The notes beneath the pieces are model-generated. The model was given only the letters and a program-made list of their open reading frames with translations, was not told where the DNA came from and made no database searches. DNA of 64,000 bases from the human T2T-CHM13v2.0 reference genome, Homo sapiens: the NCBI RefSeq assembly GCF_009914755.1, contig NC_060925.1, one strand, 5' to 3'. The translations under genes were made by a program, and so were the position numbers. Below, one piece after another: positions 1 to 13,194 of the stretch; the stretch's first letter is position 1; every line of letters begins with the position of its first letter.

Positions 1-143
1 GCCTATCCGTAGGCCAACTGCCAAGATGGGGCTTTTAGGGGAGAGAGTCATGACAGGGAACTTTGATTGTCTAGGTGTGGACCAATTGCCCATCTCTGTG
101 AACAGGGGTCTAGCGCTCTGACTGGCAGTTTTCCAAAGTTTGT

Positions 144-615
144 TATGGTAGACTAAAAAGCCTAAACTTTTTTGGCATCCTTGCATAGAGAGGTGGAATA
201 TGTTCCTCCCCCTCTTGATTCTGGGCTAGTTTGTGACTTGTTTTGGCTGGTAGAATGTAGTAGATGTGGTGCTATTTTATCACCAAAGCTGGACTTAAGA
301 AATCTGCAACTTGCTTTCACTCACTTGGAATGCTCCCTCCTCCAACCCAACCACCACGCTGTGAGAAGCCTAAGCCACATAGAGTGGCCATATGGAAAGG
401 AACTGAGGTGCTCAGGTCAGTAGCCACAGCTGACTTCCAACTGACAGCCAGTCCCAGCTACTATCATATGAGGAACCACCTTGGACATTCAGCCTAGTCA
501 AACCACAGATAACTGCAGCCCAGCTGATACCAGGAGGAGTAGAAGAACCACCAAGCTTAGCCCAGTAAATCCACAGAATCATAAAGGATAAAATGGTGTT
601 TCAAGCCACTAAATT
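144..615 (+). mobile_element. MaLR solo LTR, MLT1G/H-like
   Basis: MLT1 hallmarks: tgtgacttgttttggc, gctgtgagaagcctaagccacat, cttggacattcagcc, gtttcaagccactaaattt. Confidence 0.75.
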
Positions 616-2742
616 TATTTCATTTATGTGTTCATCATCGAAACAGAAGATGTGGCTGTACAAGAAGGGAAAAGGAAAGTTGAATAGACAAAAACAAGAG
701 ATGTTTGTTACATATGGTAAAGAAAGCTGAGGATCTACCCTTCCTAGCCCCATGACTCACCAGAATTAATAGTAAAACTGTTGGTCATCTGTTTAGGCAC
801 AAAATTTCTCGGTACCCACAACACACAGGATACTGTGGCAGGTACTCAAGGCAATAAAGTGGTGTAGCCAGGCTTTAAAGTCAGATTTATTAAACTCCTG
901 AGCTGGAGCTCTCTCTGCCTCTATAGCAGCCCAGAAAAGCCATATGCGGAGATAACTATGAGGTTCACTGGCAGCTCTGTTTTGGGAAGCGTCCAAGCAG
1001 CTCTTATCTCGCAGTGAACGCAAGAAAATGATGGAGTTTCTTCCCTGATATTCCATAGAACATCAAAACCAAAAGAATGTACAATGAGAACAAAGAAAAG
1101 CTGAATTCTGAAACACAGAGAGAGATGGGAGGAGCCACCAAACTGCAGGGCCCAGAGCAGGTATGAGTGCAGGGGGCAGGAGACCAGAATCTGTGATGGA
1201 GAGGATGAAAGCCCAGGGGAAGGGGTTCAGGCGGCCCAATGTCCAGTGGCTCTCCGACATCTCTAGCATGTGGACAGCATCTTCTCATCACTGTGCTGAC
1301 ACAGCATCCTCCCTATGTTTGTATCTTCTTCTGGACACACCAGTGGGAAGGTCACGCAGGAGTTACATGCATGCATACAAGCGGAGCATTCAACCCAGAA
1401 GACACAGCTTGCTTTCAAATCAACTGCTTATGAGACCTCATGAGTTATAAACATGCAGCCCTTGCATCAAGCTAGTGATTGTCATATTGAGTTAAATTTG
1501 ATCACATAGTAAGAGGATTTGTATTTTTGTACTAGAAAATGGACACCTCCAGAATTAGGAAACAAAAGGATGATTGGAGAAAAATTCAACTAACACAGTC
1601 TGTTCTAAGCAGGAAGAAGTCTGGGATGACTCCTCCATGCCTTGAGGATATGACATGAGGTAAGTGTTGGCAGACACTGAGATGGGAGGAGTTGCTGACA
1701 CTGGCTGAAGTCCTGATTGTGATCCCCAGGGTCACGCTTGTATGATCAGTAGGCAGAGTGTGCTATCTGTCCCCTCCCCTGCCTGCCACCTTCATGGTTA
1801 TCTTTAGATTCAGATGACTACCTGTCTGGAGATCCTACCCACATAGACTCTGAGCTCATCCTGCCCTATCCCAGCCTGGGTGAGAACCCTACAAGCAGAC
1901 ATATCCAGGCCTAGCCATGCTGCCAGCAGTCCAGGATCCTGTACGCTTAGGGTGGATTTCGAAGCCCAGAGCCCCTGCTTCCTGGTTGGAATGTGATGAT
2001 CAACCCTATGTTCGGGCTTGACATGGGTGAAGAAGAGTCACCTGATAATGCATCTCCCTTCATCACCTCCCACCAAAAAAACTACTTGTGCTGGGCACCA
2101 TTCTATAAACACATTGGGCCATGCAAACAATACTACCAAGACTCAAGGCAGAGGCCAGTTGTGTAAGCTGGGCACACAGGAGGAGGGTCAGGGGAGGGTG
2201 CAGTTCCATGGGCACATGAGCACATGCTACATTCCAGAACCAGGAAGACATAGTCCAGGTCCAAGCCCTGTGGCTGGTGGAACTCACACAGGACCTAGAT
2301 GGGCCAGCTTGGACTCAGTCTATTGGGGAAAGGTCAACAGAATTTGCCAATGGTCAGAAAAGGGAGGGGCAGGGACTGACAAGAAGTTCTGGTCCTGGTT
2401 GGATGACTCACTGGTTCCCAGAGGAGACTTCAGTAGTTTCAGCAACTCCTCTCTTCCAGGTGTTTGCTGACACCCTGTGCTGTGTCATAGCCAAGACTCC
2501 TTTCCTTCTGATTGGATTGATTAGGTTTTTTTATCCAGTAATCCTCTCATGTGTTCTTTCCAATATTGTTTATTGTGTAGCACAAAGATGGAAATCTATT
2601 TACTAATCTGTTCAATTTTAACTCAATGCTGCAATCATCCCAGGAGGATCTGGGAAGGCTGGGGCCGATGTGAATCCTGGGGGAGCACAATGGGTTCCCA
2701 GCTGAGTCTACATCTAAAGACACTTCAACACAATAGGTTTTG

Positions 2743-2760
2743 GTTGTTGTTGTTGTTGTT
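2743..2760 (+). repeat. (GTT)6 microsatellite
   Basis: Seen directly. Confidence 0.9.
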
Positions 2761-4409
2761 TTAAAGCAACTGAAGTAGAGAATGTAGGATTTTAAAAGAA
2801 GGTGCCACTTGCATCTTCCCTATCTCAATGGCCACTTTGTGGGGACTTTTGCCTGAATAATCTGGGTAATTGCTTCAGTCCTCTGCTTTGCTCAGGCTAA
2901 GTAAGGAGGGGGCCTCCTGCTGAGTCCCTAGGGGACCAAAGGAGAACATTCTTAACTTGTCAGGACTCCAATCAGTAGACAAATGATAAGTCTCCCAACA
3001 GCTACTCACTTACAAGTCCCTTGCAGTAGACATTCCCGAGCCCGTCAGCTATGTGGGTGTCTGTAGGAACATACTGCCTGGCCCCAGCCAGCAAGAGACA
3101 TCAGGTCATCTGCGTTGCCGCCTTGGCAGCCTGTGACTAGAAGGTGAGAGATCTCAGGAGGTGGACCCCCCACCCCAGGAGCTGGAGCATGCTGAGTGCT
3201 TCCCAGGCCCAGAGAGGACCCCTGAGCTTCCTGAGGTCACCCAGGTCTTCACCAGGGCCCTCAGTCTATCATGGGCATGGTGACCTGCCTTTGCCCCCCT
3301 GCTGCCACCTCAGCCAGAGCCACCTGAGTAGCCTCACCTCCAGGATGAATCCTGATTACCATCAGAAGGCCCAGGAGTTCAGGGGTCTCCACCTCCAGCC
3401 TGCGTGGCCAACATGGCCACTCTGACCCATGTCCAGGCTAGTGGCTGGACATTTGCTCTTCTTACTGTCCAGGGCAGGCAGGAGCTAGGACTGACCAGAG
3501 CCCCTGGTACCTTGCCTGTTCTTCCTTATTTCAGCTTCTTACCTCTGCTCCTGACACCACCTCCAGCTTGCTTGCTTGATGGCTCTTTTTGGACACTTGT
3601 TGCTAGCTTTGGCTCCTCCTCCTGGCAACATGATTCTGGCGCCTGCTCCCAGGTGCTGCAGGTGTGCATGAGAAACACTCCTCCTTCCAGTCCGCTTGAA
3701 GGACTGCATGGCTGCACCTCTTTTCTCTCTCCTTCCCCATTGGAAAGAGGGAACTACCTTCTTTCCAAATAAATGGCCCCTCAGCCCCTCCTGGTTGACC
3801 AGCAGCAGCACCACAGTTTCTTGCATCAAGACAATAAAGTCCACTGCCTTGACTGGGAGTTCCACTGATGCCATCACCATCATTCTCATGGACACCCGAA
3901 AAAATTAGCAAGACAGTGTCCTAACCACCCTACTCCTTGCTCTTTGAAGGTACTGAGTTTCCCACTCACTGAGAAGATAAGGCTGTCATCCTAAGTGTGG
4001 CAGAGGCAGCAGAGATGAGGAGGTGCCTGACTCCTCTAGCTTTCTGAAACAACTTCTGTGTTTCCCCAAGCCTCCTGCTGGCCTTAGAGGAGAGGCACGA
4101 GGGGCCTGCTTGATACTGGAAGTGCAATGTGGTTGGCACTGAGATATACACAATCCACAGGTGTGTGTGTGCTGGGCCATCCATATATAAAGCATTCAGA
4201 TGCCCTGTGTAGAAGTGTTCCTTATTTCAATCACAGATCACATCCACATCAGATAAAACAGGCTTGCTAAATTGGGTTCCCTGCACCATCCTGATGTGTG
4301 CCCTGGCATATAAAACCAATTGCTTAAAGGCAAATCAATGAGCCAAATGAAGTCTACAGTCTCAGGAATTAGGCTCACTGCCTGTGCCTTAATTTTTCAG
4401 ATTCCAATT

Positions 4410-4600
4410 CAACTAACATTTATTGAGCAACTACATTTGCCAGGCAATGAGCTCAGTGCTTTCACATATGCTGTTTTATGAACAGTTGCAAAAACGCTGC
4501 CAGGGGTAATATTATGGCCAGAGTAAACATGAGGAGGGTAAGTGAAGGCCTCAAGGTCACCCAGCTCTCAGTGGCAGAGCTGTGGGTAGAGCCAGAACTT
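4410..4600 (-). mobile_element. MIR fragment
   Basis: aacatttattgagcaactac ... aaggtcacccagct ... gtggcagagc. Confidence 0.75.
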
Positions 4601-4819
4601 TTCCATCATTTTGTTCCTACTCAATACCCGTTTAAGGGATGGAGTACAGGCTTCTCATCAAAGTCTGGGGTTTCTGCTGATAAAACAGTTCTGGAGTGAA
4701 AATTGCATAGACAAATTCAGCTCCTAAGGCCAACCTGTCCGCACCACTAGGGTGTGGACAGATGTTCAGATGACAGATGCATGACCATCAGGGGGGCCCC
4801 GGCTCCATGGGAAGAACGA

Positions 4820-4965
4820 AACTTTGGAGGCAGACCAGGGCACTAAACTACAGCTTCTGGTGGCGACTTAACCTCTCCGTTTCAGTTTTCTCACACTGAG
4901 AATGGAGGTTTCATAGGTACCTCACCAGGGTTGTTGGAGGATCAAACTGAAAACCTGCCAAGCCC
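4820..4965 (+). mobile_element. MIR fragment
   Basis: ctttggaggcagac, gacttaacctctc...tcagttttctca, gttgttggaggatcaaa. Confidence 0.7.
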
Positions 4966-4967
4966 AA

Positions 4968-5084
4968 TATAATGTGAGCTTCATGAGAACAGAGAATCTT
5001 CTTTCTGTTATGTTCATAGCTATAGCCTTAGAACAGAGGCTGGCACATAGTAGATGCCCAGTAAATATTTGTGGCGTGAATGAA
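4968..5084 (+). mobile_element. L2 3' end
   Basis: aatgtgagcttcatgagaacag ... tggcacatagtagatgcccagtaaatatttgtggcgtgaatgaa. Confidence 0.8.
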
Positions 5085-5375
5085 CACAGTAATGCTGGTT
5101 GCCTTCCATTCTCCTCCACATTGTGAACAGGTATGCTCTACAACCCTTTGGAATGTCCCCAGTGCCCAAGACACAAGAGGCTTGGGCCAAGGCTCTGTGA
5201 GATTTTTAAATTCACTACTGAGAACAGCTACTGCCCACAGCAGCCCGTGCCACCTCATCTCCTTTCCTTGATCATTACCCTTCATGCAAAACCACAGAAG
5301 CCCAGAGCTCTTCACCTTCCAAATCAGAGCTTAAATATAGGGAAACTTACAAACTTTTTTTTACTTTGTAAAAAT

Positions 5376-5700
<325 letters not shown>

Positions 5701-5984
5701 TAGGATATTTTTTTAAAACCTACTATTGTTGTTATTTCATGAAAAAAAGGACATTTTAATAGGAGAAACCAGGAGGGCATACCATCAGAATAAAGGACAA
5801 TCCTTTCCAAAAACAAACAGCGGGTAAACTTAGATGAACATATCCATCCCCCAACAAGAAACGATGGTCTTTAAACTTTCTTTGAAAGCAGAAAAATGAC
5901 AATGTAGAATTTTATTTTATGATATTACATGGGGGTTTTTTTCCTGATATAAATTTGTCACCTTGGGGATCTATATTCAAAACA

Positions 5985-6075
5985 TAGTGATAATAATAAT
6001 GATAGAAAAGACTCAGTGAGTACTCACTGTGGGACTTGTGCTCAGCAACTTGCAAACCTTACCTGGGAGGTGGAA
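5985..6075 (-). mobile_element. MIR 3' fragment (one donor of the 7.2-kb templated insert)
   Basis: aataataatgatag...tgagtactcactgtg...tgtgctcagcaacttgca resembles reverse MIR tail. Confidence 0.5.
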
Positions 6076-7103
6076 ACATGGCCCCAAGAGGCTCCTGCCT
6101 TCTCCCTGATGGGGGCTGCGGGGGCGTGTGGGCCAATGAGGGTTGTCCCACCCAGTGAATCCTGGAGCCTGGATCAGCCTCCTGGATCAGCCAACCCACA
6201 GCAGTCAGGAACATATCAGGGAAAAACACTGCTGCCGGGCGAGGCTGCATCACAGCCCAACAAAAGTCCACAGACAGGACTTGGAACCTTCTGCTCTAAG
6301 TAACCATCCACCAACAAAGCAAGGAAGGCAACAGCATTTTCCAGGGCCCCCAGACAAGGTGCATCAGGACCCAAGTACCCTGAGGCCTCCAAATATCATT
6401 CTGAGGTATTCTGAGGTAAAAGCTAATATTTATTACAGAAAATCTGATCTAATCTCAAGTGAAGGTATCACAATGAACATATTGATTTTTTTTTTAAAAG
6501 AAAAGTTACCCATTTGGTGTGGAGGAGGGAGACAAAAAAAAAAAAGAATAGTTACATTTTAAAAAGAAAAATACCAATTTCACAAGCAACCTCCAGCCAG
6601 ATTCCAGGCCCTTAGGATAGCTCACAGCAATTCCGATATATTAAAAAAAAAAAAAAAAAAAAAGAACAAGAAGAAAGAAAGAAAAATCTTGAAAAAGGGA
6701 GGTTTTCATATAGAGACATCCAAGAAAGTAAATAAAATCAATTGAAAATACTAACAGAGAGCCATTCATTTTAAGCGTTATGAAAATGCCAAAAAGTGCA
6801 TCCTTATTTTCAGGTTTTAGGGCTCAGGACATTCCTTTTTCTGAAAACTGACATCTATAAAGAGGAAAATATGAATAAGGAGAAAAATAATCAATGTCAT
6901 TTTTTTTGAAGGCCCTGAACCGTCATGGAATGAAAAAGATGTAACCTTATTAACTATGCAATTTTCATTCCATCTCAGGCGCTGGGGCACAGCGGGTGTG
7001 ACCTCTTTGCAGAGAATCTTTTGGAAGAAAGAGGATCCTCACTGGGATTCAAGGCTGAGTCCTGTAACTAAGGTCCTCAATCAGTCAAAGGTCCTGGGCT
7101 CTG

Positions 7104-7827
7104 TGTACCAGTCAGAGTCCCAGCAGAAAATACATGGCACCTTCAACTACAGGCCCATGCCACCCACTTCTGGCTGATTAATTTAATTTTTTTGGTAGAG
7201 ATGGAGTATCACCATATTCCATACATAGTGATAATAAAAATGATAGAAAACATTCAATGAATACTCACTGTGGGCCTCGTGCTCAGCAACTTGCAAACCT
7301 TACCTCCTTAAGATATAATCTGGGAGGCGGAAACATGGCCCCAAGAGGCTCCTGCTTTCTTCCTGATGGAGGTTGCCTGGGCATGTGGCCCAATGAGGGT
7401 TGCAGGAAGGGGCCCTCCAGTGCTTGAAAATATTTTGGAAGCCCCTTTCCCACCCACGATATAGAGATTGGAATCACTCTTAATGTCTTAATCCTGAGGC
7501 ATAAAGATTCTGGGAGACTCCTGCCTCACTAAGTCAGATCCTCACCTAGGGTCAGTGAGGAGCATTTATAGAGGCACCATTCGTAACGGAGAGGGCAGGG
7601 CATAGGGAAGCCCCAGGAGGTGGTGCAGGACCCTAGGAACAAGAAATCTGGAGACAGAAAGAGCTCTGGTTTTCCATCAAAGGTGTCAGCCAGCTTACAA
7701 TGATCCCACAAGCAGAGAAGCAGGGGAAGATGTACCCGCCCTCACTCACCTCCTTCCTGGGATCATCTGCTGGTGTCCCCCATTGGCCAAACCCAGTAAG
7801 AAGTGAGAAGGCAGAAATCCAGGCACA
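7104..7827 (-). mobile_element. LTR33 (ERVL) solo LTR, split by a 0.4-kb insertion at 7146-7544
   Basis: Starts tgtaccagtcagagtcccagcagaaaatacatggcac; resumes at about 7545 (gggtcagtgaggag..., cctcactcacctcc, cccattggccaaaccca) and ends ...ggcaca. Confidence 0.75.
7146..7544 (+). other. Composite local duplication (copies of 5507-5600, 5973-6145, 9948-10069)
   Basis: Manual alignment; about 90% identity for the two longer segments. Confidence 0.9.
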
Positions 7828-8611
7828 GAGCTGGGCATCTTGAAACCAAATATTTCTATTCACTGAGGCTGATCTATACAAGAGTTCAACGATCCAGATA
7901 TTGACTTGACCTGGAAATAAATATCTCCAAATGGATGTGTAGTTTTTATTTAAGTAGGAAGTCATTTCAAATTTAGCTGTTTCTGGTTAAACTTGAAGAG
8001 GAGGGTCATAGGGCACTTTGGGTTCTAGTGTAGCACCACACAGACTGCCCTGAAGCCCAGCCCTGCATGGATTTTCCCAAGTTCCTAAAGAAAAGGGACA
8101 ATCTGGATGTGCAAGTTCAAGTCCATTTGAAGTGTTTGAACATAAGGGGACCCTGAGAAGCTGAGAGTTGTGAGAGCCTCTCCCGGGCACTGAGAGCAAG
8201 ATGGGCATTTCTCCAGCAGATAGAAGGGATGAGCAGAGGAGCCTGATGGCTGGGTCAAGGTCATGATGGGTCCAGTATCAGTTAAATCCAAAGGGTGCAG
8301 TGGGGCCAGCTCTATAGCCATTGAGCAGAATGTGTGGGCCACCAGGGATTCTGTGGGGGACATAAGAAACATGGATGACCCTGAAGCATGAGGGATCTGC
8401 GAGTGACTTTAAAACACTCTTCCATTCACTAACTATAGGGAAGTCTAACTGCAGTCACAGAGCTTTGAAAAAACATTTGTGTTAATTTCACAGGCCCTTC
8501 TCCTACTCCTCAAACCCATCCAACCCCAGCTGACCCTGAACTCCCATGGTGACTTCCAACATAAACTGACAACCTTGTCCAGCCATCCCCCAAACAACCA
8601 AACACACACAC

Positions 8612-8725
8612 CGTGTGCCAGATACTTCCATACATTCATACCACAAAATGCTCTCACTGGGTTGATCTTTCCATGTTTAAGACAAGAAAACTAAGGCTCG
8701 GAGCAATTAAGCAAACCTGATCCAA
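8612..8725 (-). mobile_element. MIR fragment
   Basis: ccatgtttaagacaagaaaactaaggctcggagcaattaag. Confidence 0.55.
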
Positions 8726-9158
8726 TTCTAATTCCCTCTTTAGTATTTTGTAGTTCCTGTTAAAATCAGAGGAGGAAGACCGACTCTAGATCCTTTAGGC
8801 TTGTCATTTTGAGCTCCCAGTCAAATTAGAGAGACGGCACACCATTCCCAAATTGCTGAATGGCCGAGCAAACCTTTTGCACCCTCATCTTCACACATCT
8901 TTCACGGACCACCTCAATCAGATGTGAACTGATATTCCTAAGAGACAAGTGAGGAAGGGGATGCTTCTGCATCTGTCTTTTGAAGAGCAAAGCAGCAGAT
9001 CTCTCTGACAGCATAATGTTCTGTCATTCCTTTCAACTCAGGAACTGAGCTGACAGCTCCCCCAGAAACTGTGCCTCCTCCATCTTTTCTCACCCCCAGA
9101 AAGCGCTCCTGGAAACAAAGAGGACAACTATAATGGGTGTGACCCAAGAAGTCTTAAT

Positions 9159-9196
9159 GGGCAGGCCAAATGAAGGGCAGGCCAAATGAAGAGCAG
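9159..9196 (+). repeat. 16-bp tandem duplication (gggcaggccaaatgaa x2 plus partial third)
   Basis: Seen directly. Confidence 0.9.
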
Positions 9197-9207
9197 ACGG
9201 ATGGGGC

Positions 9208-9622
9208 TGTATCAGATCTGAGACAAGGATTTGAGTGCAAGTAGTTTATAGGAGAGCTGATTCCAGGTAAGAGAGTGCAGAGTAAAATACAGGGCAGGGA
9301 AGGAAGCCAGTTGCAGGTTTTCAATATGGGCAACTGGGACTCAGCCCCACAGGGAACCTCTGGGAGACTGTGTGGAACATGCTCACATTTGTCATGCCCA
9401 AGGGCAAAGAAGCTGGGTATTTATGTTCTATTCTTTCCCTGGTTGAGAGCTATTCTCAGGGGTGCTAACTCCCTGGCAGTACTACCCTCTGGTTGAGCAC
9501 GCTTCAAGTAGAGAAGACCACAAGGCAGAGGGATCAGGTGCTTGCAGAAGAAAACCATTAGCTGGGAAGGGAATGGTGAGTGCAGAGAGGATAAGTTTAG
9601 ACACTCCAACTGTGTCTGCCAC
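9208..9622 (-). mobile_element. LTR16C-like solo LTR (ERVL)
   Basis: ctgagacaaggatttgagtgcaagtagttta, gggcaactgggactca, agctgggtatttat, taactccctggca, ends tgtctgccac. Confidence 0.8.
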
Positions 9623-9757
9623 CCCCAGGTGATTCCATTCCATCATGATTTGATCCCAGGTCTGAGGAAGTAAAAGAGAAGCACGAAGAGAGAGGAAGGA
9701 GAGAGAGACAGAGGAGAGGGTAGAGGGCACCATTAGGAACATGGTGGGCTGTCTATT

Positions 9758-9927
9758 CATGGGCAGTCACTTTGAAATTATCTTCTTTGCCATCTATGAA
9801 ACCAGTTTTCTCATCTGTTGAATGAGAATAATAGAATTCTGTATCCCATGAGGTGGGATTACATGAGTTAATGTGTGTGAAGCACTTAGAACAGTGTCTG
9901 GCACAAGTACATTCTCAATTATTGACT
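9758..9927 (+). mobile_element. MIR
   Basis: cagttttctcatctgttgaatgagaataatag ... gaagcacttagaacagtgtctggcac. Confidence 0.85.
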
Positions 9928-10928
9928 CAGCTTTGCCTTGTTCGTAGGCTTGAGAATATATTGGAAACCCCTTTCCCACCCATGATGTAGAGATTGAAAT
10001 CACTCTTAATGTCTCAATCTGAGGCACAAAGATTTTGAGAGACTCCTGCCATACTAAGTCAGATCCTCAAGCTCTTGGATGGGCCTCACCTCCTAGACAA
10101 TTCCTTTCCCGTGATTACCATCCAGTTGAGCAGTCTATACGACGAGCCTCTGTTTTGGAGTCCTGCCCAGTGTTCATGACCCCACCAAGGCTGGAGCCTT
10201 GCCCTGCACCCCTGTCCCAGTTGGCAAGAACCCTGGACTCTACTAGTCCCTCCACTAGGGATGAACATTAATCCACACCCCAGGTTGTGCCGTGGTCTTG
10301 CCCTAAGGAGATAGCCCTACATCCCTTCTAGGGTCAACTACTACTGAATTGCTCATCTGTTCCTACCACTACACCACAGTCCCTCTTGCATGGGACACAA
10401 AAGGTGTGGGACAACAGAGGGACTGAATTTAGTGCAAGGAGAATTAACAAGGATCCACAATAGCTCCTACCCTTGAGCCCCAAACTGAGTGCACACAAAC
10501 AGGATGGGAGAAAGATCAGCAATGGCCCGAGGCTTGGCGAAGACAAGGTGGGATGGTATGGTGAGCCCATGGTAAGGAAACTGGCAGACACAGTACCGTG
10601 TGGACCTCACCCAATTGAGCTCTGCCCACCTCACACAGAGCCAAGAAGAGTAGGAGAAACTGCCAGGTTTATTCTGTCCAGACCTCTCTGGAAACCAGAA
10701 CTGGTCTGGGAAGCTACCCTCAGCTACCCTTTGCAGAAGTGAGACCCCAAGGGATCAAGCGCCCTGACGCACTGGGTGACAGGGCTGGGGGCACCTTCCT
10801 GAACCACTGGAAAGGGGGTAAGAGAGGGGACCTAGCATGAGCATCTGAACACCTTCAGACTCGTCCTCAGATCTCACTGCTGAAGTCCCCAGTCGCCAAC
10901 TACACGGAAGCCACCTGGGCTCTGCTGG

Positions 10929-11179
10929 GTTTTTTTCCTTTTCTTTTCTTTTCCTTTTCCTTTTTTAAATTTTTTTTGGGCGGATGGAATCCCACTCTGT
11001 CACCCAGGCTGGAGTGCAGTGGTGTGATCTTGGCTCACTGCTACCTCCACTTCCTGGGTTCAAGCGATTCTCCTGCCTCCCGACTTGCTGGGATTACAGG
11101 TGTACAGGTGCACACCACCAAGCCCAGCTAATTTTTGTATTTAGTAAAGACGGGGTTTCACCATGTTGGCCAGGCTGGT
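10929..11179 (-). mobile_element. AluS, 5'-truncated
   Basis: T-rich tail, right arm, linker, part of left arm ending ccatgttggccaggctggt; internal tacaggtg duplication. Confidence 0.92.
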
Positions 11180-11719
11180 GTTGGTTTGTGATGCTCATGT
11201 CCTGCAAGCCCTTTCATAGCCCTGGACTGTGCCTCCCTCAGATACTCCTGACAAAGCCCTCTCTGTTTCTGGTGCGCTGGCCACCTCTGCTTTGCTTCCC
11301 AAGGGTCCCTAACCTTGGAGCTGCCTGGAATTGGGCTTCTCTGGGGTTGTTCCTCTCCTTTGGGCTTGGTGGCCACTATTACAGGTTTTCCCAGGATGGG
11401 GATGGCAGGAAGGCAAGGAGGCAACCTGGGGCACTGCTGCAGAGTACTGCTTCCATTTCTATGGCCCCTTTCCTGCTCAGATTTTAGAATAAATGTTTGC
11501 TGATGCTAGCCTTTTTTGAAAATCCATCCACATTTGCTGGGACATCATAATGGACTGAAATTAGCTGCAAAGTTGACGGTTGGGGAAATCTAAAGCATGA
11601 TGAATTCTCTTAGGGGCACAAGGCCAGCAAGAGGCAGTACCCACACCCACAGCATTTAGCATCTTTATTAAGGATCTGGTTGAAGGAACACGAACAGTGT
11701 GCCTCATCATTTTTCTAAC

Positions 11720-11880
11720 TTTAAAATATGTTTTTACAAATAATACATGTTTATTATAGATAAAAGCAGATAGGCCAAAGGAAAATTAAGAAAAATCACT
11801 CTTCATCCCACTACTCTGAAATAGCCGCCTCTTTTTAACATTTTTGTGCAAATTTTCCATACCTAAATACATATATAAAT
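11720..11880 (-). mobile_element. Old L1 (L1ME-type) 3' end
   Basis: taatacatgtttattataga...aaaaatcactcttcatcccactactctgaaatagcc...ttaacatttt. Confidence 0.6.
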
Positions 11881-12614
11881 TAATGTCTAGCGGAAATTCT
11901 AGATCTAATGTGTTTTGGGGTTTTTTTTTTTAACCTTGATGGTTAAAGCTTTGATATAAACAGTTTTTGTCATGAAAGGACTGACTTTGATCTTAGGAGT
12001 AGACTATTTATTTTGGGAAAACCCTTTAAATGGGCTTTTTGTTACAAAACGTTAAGCAAATAACTCCCTCCCACAGCCCTGGAGGAAGAAACTGATATTG
12101 AGCTACTGTACTCAATGCCGTTGACTGCTTAGAGGCCATTAGACAGGCCTGCCCAGTTCGCTGAAGGAGTAATGAGCATTTGTAGCATCAGCAACTGCCA
12201 GAGAAGAAAAGATCCCAGGAAAGCAAGCCAGGCCTGGGCAGGTGAGCCTTAGAGGAGGCACTAAGGAACGCTTGCCTTACTCTTCCAGGTCCCAGGGCTA
12301 TTGGGCCTGACCTTGGGAGCAGAGATGTCTCAGAACACTCCTTGTGCTGGGGGGTGGGGGGTGGCCTCCTACTCAGTAGGACAACGTGAGCAGGCAGTGC
12401 TCTGGAGCACCCTCAGAAATAACCGGATGACCCTTTGAGGGAGGCTCTGTTCCTGCAGCCAAGCAGCACTGGGAGCCTTTGTAATTTAGGCTATTAGTTG
12501 AAAGACATTCCCACAGGCTGATGAAGTCTGAGACATCCTAGTTACAAACAGATATTTGACAAAAGTGGAACGAGACTCTACCTGCTTCTTAGATATCTCC
12601 TTCCCCACTAGCAC

Positions 12615-12745
12615 CTCATCAATGTATCCTATGCATCTTTCCATCTCAGTAGCCGTAGCCATTGTCACTTTAATAGATGAATCATATTTCTCTTTACACA
12701 TACATAACCACAATTTATTTAAACAGTCACTTTTGTTGGGGCAAC
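12615..12745 (-). mobile_element. Old L1 (L1ME-type) ORF2-end fragment
   Basis: gcatctttccatctcagta ... accacaatttatttaaacagtc. Confidence 0.5.
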
Positions 12746-13194
12746 CTCAAAGCATAGTGGTTTTGAGATAAGCAAGGCAGGGATGAGAAGAAAGGCGAGC
12801 ATTGGCCTTTAAGTGTAGTAGCTTGTGACCTTGGGGAAACAGCCCATTTGGCTTGGTCTCAGAGTCATACCCATGTACTCACTCAGGTGCTCACTCTCAG
12901 CCATGCCCTTCCCTTGTTCTGATCCTGACCCTGCTGGTCTATGGCTCAGCCATGTGACACTCTGCTAGGCTTCTTCTTACAAGACAGGTAACACAAGTCA
13001 GCTGCAAGTGATTGCCCTGTATGCATGGCAAATCCTCTCACTCCAGGCAGTTAGGCACTCAATTTTATCATCTCTTCTGCTCATGGAATATCCCACACTT
13101 CCCTCAAGGTGAGCTGCAGGCCACCTTTTCTGGTTCTCTCTGTCTCTGTCTCTTTCTCTCAGTATGTGTGTATCTCTCTCTGTTTCCCCCCAAG

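Noticed and set aside
3603-3911. Faint THAP-like pattern (SLFP..ERE..AVLQADW) in a minus-strand ORF
   Set aside because: C2CH ligands and the AVPT motif are not present with the right spacing; likely chance.
6390-6990. A-rich unique region with poly(A) runs as a retrocopy tail
   Set aside because: No TSD, no upstream mRNA-like body; probably simple A-tracts.
10984-11487. 167-aa ORF starting [13 protein letters not shown]
   Set aside because: Antisense Alu translation; the same applies to ORFs at 14437, 22224, 33214, 41320, 52566 and 62074.
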